DNA from: an uncultured virus (IMG/VR IMGVR_UViG_3300013004_000028)
Lineage: Duplodnaviria; Heunggongvirae; Uroviricota; Caudoviricetes
IMG/VR virus record: IMGVR_UViG_3300013004_000028
Reading direction: 5' to 3' (one strand)
Length of the DNA: 20,000 nucleotides
The position numbers and the translations under genes were made by a program. Positions 14,291 to 20,000 of the stretch are shown in pieces (within the stretch, counting starts at the first letter, position 1; every line of letters begins with the position of its first letter). The notes beneath the pieces were generated by a model. It did not search any database, was not told the DNA's origin, and was given only the letters and a program-made list of their open reading frames with translations.

Positions 14291-15454
14291 TTATGCGTAA
14301 GCAGTGACACCAGAGAAGAATATGTTATTATCTGCATCATCTGGAGCACCAATAGATCCTAACCATGTTAATGAAACAGATTGATTAGCGTCTGCATCAA
14401 TACTAAAAGCTTCAGACTGTAATGTTAATCCTTTTAATGTAATTTTAGCTTGTACTGTTCCCGTTCCATTACAATCTGGTCTTCTCATTGTAATTGTAGC
14501 TGTTTGAGAAGGATTTGAACAAACAAATTCTCTTAGATTAGCAGCCTTTAAATCTCCAGCTATAGCTTCAACTGTAAAATTAATATCAAGAGGAAAAGTT
14601 AATTCTCTATTTCTAGCATATCGAGCTCCTAAAGATTGAATAGGTTCACGAGCTAAGTCAAAAGATACATTGAATGACTGAATATTAAAGGTCGAATTAG
14701 TTGTATCTGCAAATAGACCTGTAGCATTTGTCTGTAAATCTACACTTACATCACCGGGTCTTAGTATGAAAGGTTTACTTGTACTACCTAGTGATCCGGC
14801 TGGTAATCTAAAGTTTGTGTTTACGCCTTCTACTTGAGTACCGTCATTAGGATTTATAGATGGGCTTTTAAGCCATCCACTAATAGCTGGAAGAGTTGTT
14901 TGTAAAAGAGTTAAACCTCCAGTTTGACCTCTTAAATTGTAACCTTCAATAGTAACACTAGCTGTAGGATATTCTCCAACACTAGCTTCTATAGAGTAAT
15001 TTGTAATTACACCATTACCAATTCCTAAAACGTAATCATCTGTAGCAGCTCCACTTCTAGTAACAGCATCTACACCTTCTGGAGTAACTAGTATAAAATA
15101 ATTCTTTTCATTTCTACCAGCAGCCTTTGTTAATATACCTGATATAGCGCCGACTTCAGCAGCGCCAATTCCAGTCGGAATTATATCAAATCCGATATTT
15201 TTTTCATTCTCGAAGTCTGTAAAGTAATATGAAAAAGGAACGCTGACAGTAGGATTGTCATTCGTATCTCTTGTGAGAGGAGCCAATTTGCCTATAACAC
15301 TTATAGGGGCTCTTTCATAATTCCATTCTGGACCACCTATAGAGGTTAATCTAAAAAGTTGTTTTATATCTCCCTCTCCAGACATTGTACCTGTTGCGGT
15401 ATTTACACTGGTGTATAGATTAAACGACTGTGATTGTGAGCGTATTCTTGGCAT
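14291..15454 (-). CDS. Probable major tail tube protein (387 aa)
   Basis: Beta-rich protein with two similar halves (WNYERAPISVIGKLAP..NPTVSVPFSYY vs FDLAREPIQSLGARYARNRELTFPLDINFTVE). It sits upstream of the chaperones and tape measure and is followed by a terminator, as expected for an abundant virion protein. Confidence 0.72.
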   Translation of the reverse strand: MPRIRSQSQSFNLYTSVNTATGTMSGEGDIKQLFRLTSIGGPEWNYERAPISVIGKLAPLTRDTNDNPTVSVPFSYYFTDFENEKNIGFDIIPTGIGAAEVGAISGILTKAAGRNEKNYFILVTPEGVDAVTRSGAATDDYVLGIGNGVITNYSIEASVGEYPTASVTIEGYNLRGQTGGLTLLQTTLPAISGWLKSPSINPNDGTQVEGVNTNFRLPAGSLGSTSKPFILRPGDVSVDLQTNATGLFADTTNSTFNIQSFNVSFDLAREPIQSLGARYARNRELTFPLDINFTVEAIAGDLKAANLREFVCSNPSQTATITMRRPDCNGTGTVQAKITLKGLTLQSEAFSIDADANQSVSLTWLGSIGAPDDADNNIFFSGVTAYA

Positions 15455-15469
15455 AGTTTGATAAAGTTA

Positions 15470-15485
15470 TACTATAATATACACT
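15470..15485 (-). promoter_or_regulatory. Conserved GTGTA upstream motif before the tail tube gene
   Basis: AGTGTATATTATAGT, about 26 nt before the ATG. Confidence 0.55.
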
Positions 15486-15527
15486 AAAAATTATATTTTT
15501 GAAAAAAATATTACAATAAATTCTATT

Positions 15528-17504
15528 TTAAGGAATAAATTCAGAAGGATATGTATTTAGAGTTCTTAATTCTAGTTTATGAAGTTCTGCTATTCCAGCT
15601 GCATTATCAACCGCTATATTTCTAGAAATTTTAACTCTCATTATATCTCCGGGAGAAATACCACTTAACTCTCCACTCGTTAAAGGCTGAGAAGTTTTTT
15701 TAATTTTACCTGCTAAAGGAGCTGAAGATGCTCCTATATAATAAGGTCCAAAAAAATTATCAGAAGAAATAACAGCTCCATCGTTTATTTTTTCTAAATA
15801 CATTTCCCAACCAACAGTGCCCACAGCTACTTGGCAAGACCACCACGCATTAAATAAGATTCCGCTATTTAAAAATGCATCATAAGGTACTAATGTTGAC
15901 CACAAAGCTGTTTGAGTTGTAACATCAGAAAAATTTAAAATAGGTCTACCATTTCTAGTAGAGAGATCCGCTGTAGTACCTGCAACAGGTGCTTCATAAT
16001 CTTTTGGACTTAAAACTCCAATAGTTTTAGAAAAATTGCTATCTAAGGTTCCATAAAGTAAAGAACCATCAGAAGAAATACCCGATACATATTGACCTAA
16101 TACTCCTAAGTTTCTTTTGACTCCACCTAACACAGATGTAGTCGGAGTTGGCATTAAAGATCCAGATACAGTTCCAATTAAGTTATTCGAATTTATACTA
16201 GTTAGATTAAAGCCATTTCCATAATAATTATTGCCTTTTATATTACCGTTTACATCTAATTTTTGAGTAGGAGAAATAGTATTAACTCCAAGATCTCCAT
16301 TAGTATTTATAAATAGTCTGTAATTTAAAGTTCCTGTTCCCGGAGAATTTTTTACTAAACTATTTGTTTGAGCTGCTAATCCAAAACTTCCCAATATATC
16401 ATAAGAGATTACAGTTTTATCTGAACCTGCTGTAATAGCTGCTGCCATACCTGTGCCGTAGCTGCAAATAAAACCTACTGGATTACCAGAAGTATTTTCT
16501 ATATAAACATGTGCCCCAGAAGAATAAATAGATTGAGTTTTAGAACTATCAACGCTATTCACTCTTAAAGTTTTAGTAGAAATAGATCCGTATCCAGCTC
16601 CACCATCATTAATTTTAAGTATACCCGAAGATACTCTTGATATTCCTATATCTGTAGAACCTGTTAATCCCGCAGCAAACATAACCCCTTTTGCAGAATT
16701 AGTTCCATAATATACTTGAGAAACTGAAGCTGCATTAAATTTTAAATCTCCTCCTTGAGAATATAATAAGGAACCATTAGCACTATCCGATTCGAGTATT
16801 ATTCTAGATGCTCCGCTAGGAGATATAATTTCAAATTGACTTTTTGCTCCGCCTGTTGCCCCTTGTAAAATAAAAGAACCATTTATACTTGAATCAGCAG
16901 ATAATCCAGATGTTCCGGCTCCAATTCTTGCTGATGGATAATTTACCCCATCTCCCTTCGCAATAAATTTTGCATTTATAGTTTGGTCTGCGGTAAAAAT
17001 ATTAGCCTCTGTAAGATAAACAGAATTCGGTCCTAAAGATCTAGGATAATTAACAGTTACAGTCACAGTACCTGTAGTAACAGAGGATGTAAAAACATCA
17101 TCTGGATTACCATATTTACTAATATAAACCTTAGCCTCTCCAACCGTTGATCCTCCAGATCTTTTTATTCTAAAAGAAACTGTAGATGCATCAGAATTTA
17201 TCAAAAAATCAAAATCATTTGTTCCTGATATTCCGCTATCCACTTCTGGAATAATTTTTTGCCAAACATTAGCTGTAGCATTATTTGTAACTGAGAATCT
17301 ATAAGATTTAGATATTGTAAATCCAGATGTATTTACTTGTACAGATACTTCAAAATACGCAGCTCCATTCAATAAAACCCAATCCCCTATAGATATATAA
17401 CTATTTGCTGTTCCTGATATATCTCTGGTAAAGTTTTTCCTAACAAGATAAGGCCAAGAAACATTGGCAGGAACTATCATTTCTGTGGAAGTATCTAAAT
17501 TCAT
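15528..17504 (-). CDS. Tail fibre / receptor-binding-like structural protein (658 aa)
   Basis: Gly/Ser/Thr-rich beta protein with fibre motifs (FINTNGDLGVNTISPTQKLDVNGNI, PTPTTSVLGGVK). Its C-terminal domain is paralogous to that of the 18626-20000 protein. Confidence 0.78.
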   Translation of the reverse strand: MNLDTSTEMIVPANVSWPYLVRKNFTRDISGTANSYISIGDWVLLNGAAYFEVSVQVNTSGFTISKSYRFSVTNNATANVWQKIIPEVDSGISGTNDFDFLINSDASTVSFRIKRSGGSTVGEAKVYISKYGNPDDVFTSSVTTGTVTVTVNYPRSLGPNSVYLTEANIFTADQTINAKFIAKGDGVNYPSARIGAGTSGLSADSSINGSFILQGATGGAKSQFEIISPSGASRIILESDSANGSLLYSQGGDLKFNAASVSQVYYGTNSAKGVMFAAGLTGSTDIGISRVSSGILKINDGGAGYGSISTKTLRVNSVDSSKTQSIYSSGAHVYIENTSGNPVGFICSYGTGMAAAITAGSDKTVISYDILGSFGLAAQTNSLVKNSPGTGTLNYRLFINTNGDLGVNTISPTQKLDVNGNIKGNNYYGNGFNLTSINSNNLIGTVSGSLMPTPTTSVLGGVKRNLGVLGQYVSGISSDGSLLYGTLDSNFSKTIGVLSPKDYEAPVAGTTADLSTRNGRPILNFSDVTTQTALWSTLVPYDAFLNSGILFNAWWSCQVAVGTVGWEMYLEKINDGAVISSDNFFGPYYIGASSAPLAGKIKKTSQPLTSGELSGISPGDIMRVKISRNIAVDNAAGIAELHKLELRTLNTYPSEFIP

Positions 17505-17510
17505 AATATG

Positions 17511-17526
17511 CTATATTTTATACACT
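17511..17526 (-). promoter_or_regulatory. Conserved GTGTA upstream motif before the 658-aa fibre gene
   Basis: AGTGTATAAAATATAG, about 17 nt before the ATG. Confidence 0.55.
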
Positions 17527-17538
17527 GTTTAATTAGAT

Positions 17539-17982
17539 TTATTTTGCTAAAATTTCGTCTCTTCTGGTTTCGTTTATTATGCCCGAACTTATCAGAGCGG
17601 AAAGCCCGCTTTGCACTCTAGGGTCATCGCTCCAAACCTCTCCAAACCAAGTAGATAAGAGAAGTCTTAAAGCAGCGACAGTCGTGTCTTGGGATAAACT
17701 TATAGCGGCCATTTCTGTTAAAGTAAATTCCTGAACAAACATGGACGAATTGTCCCAAGATTTCCTAGCATCGGCGGCTAATTCTTCTTCTGATTTATCT
17801 TCTACTACCCATTGACCTAAACCCCAGTAAGGTTCTTTTTGAAGAGATGGATCAAAAGAAGGCTTTTCTGGTACAGGTTGAAAATAATCTTTTTTAGGAT
17901 TATTGTTTTCAATCCAATCTAAATAAAGAGAATCTGGTAAGTCTCTGATTTCAAATTTTTGTATATCGTAGTAAAGGGACAT
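17539..17982 (-). CDS. Small tail-fibre-associated protein (147 aa), possible fibre assembly factor
   Basis: Located within the fibre cluster. PEKPSFDPSLQKEPYWGLGQWVVEDKSEEE resembles fibre-associated small proteins. Function is inferred. Confidence 0.55.
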   Translation of the reverse strand: MSLYYDIQKFEIRDLPDSLYLDWIENNNPKKDYFQPVPEKPSFDPSLQKEPYWGLGQWVVEDKSEEELAADARKSWDNSSMFVQEFTLTEMAAISLSQDTTVAALRLLLSTWFGEVWSDDPRVQSGLSALISSGIINETRRDEILAK

Positions 17983-17988
17983 ATTTTT

Positions 17989-18624
17989 TTAACCGTATAT
18001 TCTTGGATGATCAAAATTTGTTATAGAAACTTGTGTTAAAGTTCTGCCTTGAGCCAAATCCTTAGATAGTTGAAGGCCCCTATTATAAAATTTTAAATTA
18101 TTAGAGCTAACAAGATATGGGGCAAACCCTTTTGACAAAGATATTATTTGATCATCTGTTAATGCTCCGCTCCAAATTGCTGCTTCTGCTATTCTACCAT
18201 TGAAAAAAAATCCTCTTGATGTGCTCCATCTAGAACCTAACATAATATTATTAATTCCAACTGGATTTGAACTAGTTGTATTAGTAGCTTTTCCTCCTCC
18301 ATTTAAAAAAATAGATCTACCAGTTATACTTGTACAAACAGCTGCTGCATGATGCCATGTATTTGCTGTATATCCAATTGTGCTAGTAGCTGTTCTGTCT
18401 ACAGCTCCTACTAAAGAACTTATAGCTATAAAATCTCCTGCTAGATCTCCTCTGTTTACCATTTGAAATCTATCAACTCCATTAGCTACTCCAAGAGACA
18501 TTAAAGTTCCTCCAGCAGTAACATTAGCAGGATTAAACCAGCAAGCCATTGTAAATGGAAAAGTGGTAACTGGGGTAGATGTTGATTCTATATAAGAACT
18601 TGTACCATTTAAAGATAATGCCAT
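17989..18624 (-). CDS. LamG / concanavalin-A-like lectin domain virion protein (211 aa)
   Basis: ALSLNGTSSYI, FPFTMACWFNP, NTWHHAAAV, IFLNG and FFNGRIAEAAIWSGALTDDQI form the typical Laminin_G_3 motif series. Confidence 0.88.
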   Translation of the reverse strand: MALSLNGTSSYIESTSTPVTTFPFTMACWFNPANVTAGGTLMSLGVANGVDRFQMVNRGDLAGDFIAISSLVGAVDRTATSTIGYTANTWHHAAAVCTSITGRSIFLNGGGKATNTTSSNPVGINNIMLGSRWSTSRGFFFNGRIAEAAIWSGALTDDQIISLSKGFAPYLVSSNNLKFYNRGLQLSKDLAQGRTLTQVSITNFDHPRIYG

Positions 18625-18625
18625 A

Positions 18626-20000
18626 TTAAGCGATAGTTAAGAGGTCTACATAGAGTAATTGAGCGTCCCCAGCTAATGTATCAAGGGCGTTAGCTCCAGA
18701 TCTTACAATATGGAGTCTAAAAGAATCTCCTTGACTGAGAGAGTCTATTGCTGTACAGTTTAAAGATAAAGTGGATATAATTCCTGCCGTACCATTCGTA
18801 GCGCTAACACCTGTAGCAAAAGGACCAAAAGAATCTCCATCTAAATCATGATTAGCATTTTCAAATCGTGCGCCCCAGAAAACATTTCCAAGTATACCTG
18901 TTAGAGCTATCCATTCAACATTAACTCTTATTCCAGATATCAAATTAGATCCAGTAGGAATAATACCTTGGAAAATCCCGCTCTCATTCAAAGCTGCATC
19001 AAAATTAAGAACTGGTATAGAATTTCTTGTATCTAAAGTTGCAAATCCACCACCGGGAGGAATATTATCTAAAGCAGTAAAGTATGATAAATTTTTAGCA
19101 TGAACTAAGTTAGTTAATTGACTTCCGTCTCCACTAAAGAAACCAGCTCTAAGAGTTCCATGCCCAGCGGCACCATCTGACACTTTTAATATTCCAGATG
19201 ATAGTCTGGTGAATCCAACATCCGGATTGCCACCTATTCCTGTTCCGAAAAGGACTCCTTTGTTATTAACTCCGACTGCATTTACAACATTAAGATTACC
19301 TTGTATTCGTGTATCTCCATTGATGTATAACCTATCTGAGGTCGAAGTAATAGAATTATTTATAGATATATTTCCAGCAGAGTCCATCCAAAAATAATAA
19401 GTAGTTCCTCCTCCTCCCGCTGGATTATTCAATATACCAGCATTATCTTGTTTTCCTATACCAAAACTTCCAGCACTATCATAAAGAAAAATAGCAGCTT
19501 GTGTTCCAGCCACTAATGCTCCAGCTCTTCCTCCTACATAGCTAAAAATATATCCAGCTGTACCAACTGTGCTTTCCATAAGCATTTGACCTGTTACAGC
19601 TCTTGCATTAATTAATTTTCCAGTTATACTAGGACTTCCTATTCTAAGAGATCTACTAAGAAATATATCTTCAGAATTGAAACTTCCGACAGTATCTCTT
19701 TGAACTAGGGTATTAGCAACATTTAATGATGTTCCAGTTGTTCCTCCTCCCCCTCCAACACCTTGAATACCTTGTATACCTTGTACAGATAATCCTTGAA
19801 TGCCTTGAATACCTTGGGCACCTTGAACTCCTGTTCCAGTAGCTCCTATAATACCTTGGATACCTTGAACTCCTTGAGTACCTTGTACCCCTTGAGTTCC
19901 CTGCGCCCCAGTAGCTCCAGTAGCCCCAGTAGCTCCAGTAGCTCCAGTAACTCCTCTAATACCCTGTATCCCTTGGATACCTTGGATGCCTTGGATACCC
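18626..20000 (-). CDS. Collagen-repeat tail fibre protein (5' end outside window; the tracked 319-aa ORF is only its C-terminal part)
   Basis: The frame stays open upstream of 19585 to the window edge: Gly-X-Y repeats (GIQ/GAT/GVQ), then [26 protein letters not shown] (fibre-type NxxVxRDxxGxF motif), then a beta-rich C-terminal region. Confidence 0.85.
   Translation of the reverse strand, partial: GIQGIQGIQGIQGIRGVTGATGATGATGATGAQGTQGVQGTQGVQGIQGIIGATGTGVQGAQGIQGIQGLSVQGIQGIQGVGGGGGTTGTSLNVANTLVQRDTVGSFNSEDIFLSRSLRIGSPSITGKLINARAVTGQMLMESTVGTAGYIFSYVGGRAGALVAGTQAAIFLYDSAGSFGIGKQDNAGILNNPAGGGGTTYYFWMDSAGNISINNSITSTSDRLYINGDTRIQGNLNVVNAVGVNNKGVLFGTGIGGNPDVGFTRLSSGILKVSDGAAGHGTLRAGFFSGDGSQLTNLVHAKNLSYFTALDNIPPGGGFATLDTRNSIPVLNFDAALNESGIFQGIIPTGSNLISGIRVNVEWIALTGILGNVFWGARFENANHDLDGDSFGPFATGVSATNGTAGIISTLSLNCTAIDSLSQGDSFRLHIVRSGANALDTLAGDAQLLYVDLLTIA
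19760..20000 (-). repeat. Collagen-like Gly-X-Y 9-bp repeats
   Basis: Repeats of accttgaat/accttggat/tccagtagc encode GIQ, GVQ, GTQ and GAT triplets. Confidence 0.92.

Noticed and set aside
19209..19397. Plus-strand 62-aa ORF
   Set aside because: Antisense to the tail fibre gene.

Overview
AT-rich tail-morphogenesis module of a large tailed phage, with every gene on the minus strand. Reading right to left: a collagen-repeat tail fibre (open at the right edge), a LamG/ConA lectin protein, a small fibre-associated protein, a second fibre-like protein, a probable tail tube protein, three small proteins in the tail assembly chaperone position (one split by a -1 slippery site), and a giant tape-measure gene. 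That gene starts at 12219 and stays open to position 1 (at least 4073 aa), so the ORF track misses it. The main observation is that about 2,300 aa in the middle of the tape measure form an array of cassettes bounded by nine exact in-frame GFIPNF motifs. By hand translation the cassettes carry two paralogous protein-kinase-fold domains, two PD-(D/E)xK nuclease-like domains, a P-loop kinase next to a (T/H)xGH nucleotidyltransferase, an ART-PolyVal-type ADP-ribosyltransferase, and a twice-repeated ~80-aa unit. This suggests a tape measure that doubles as a modular, injected effector polyprotein. A shared GTGTA motif in all four real intergenic gaps is a candidate phage promoter. All domain calls come from motifs read by eye; no searches were run.
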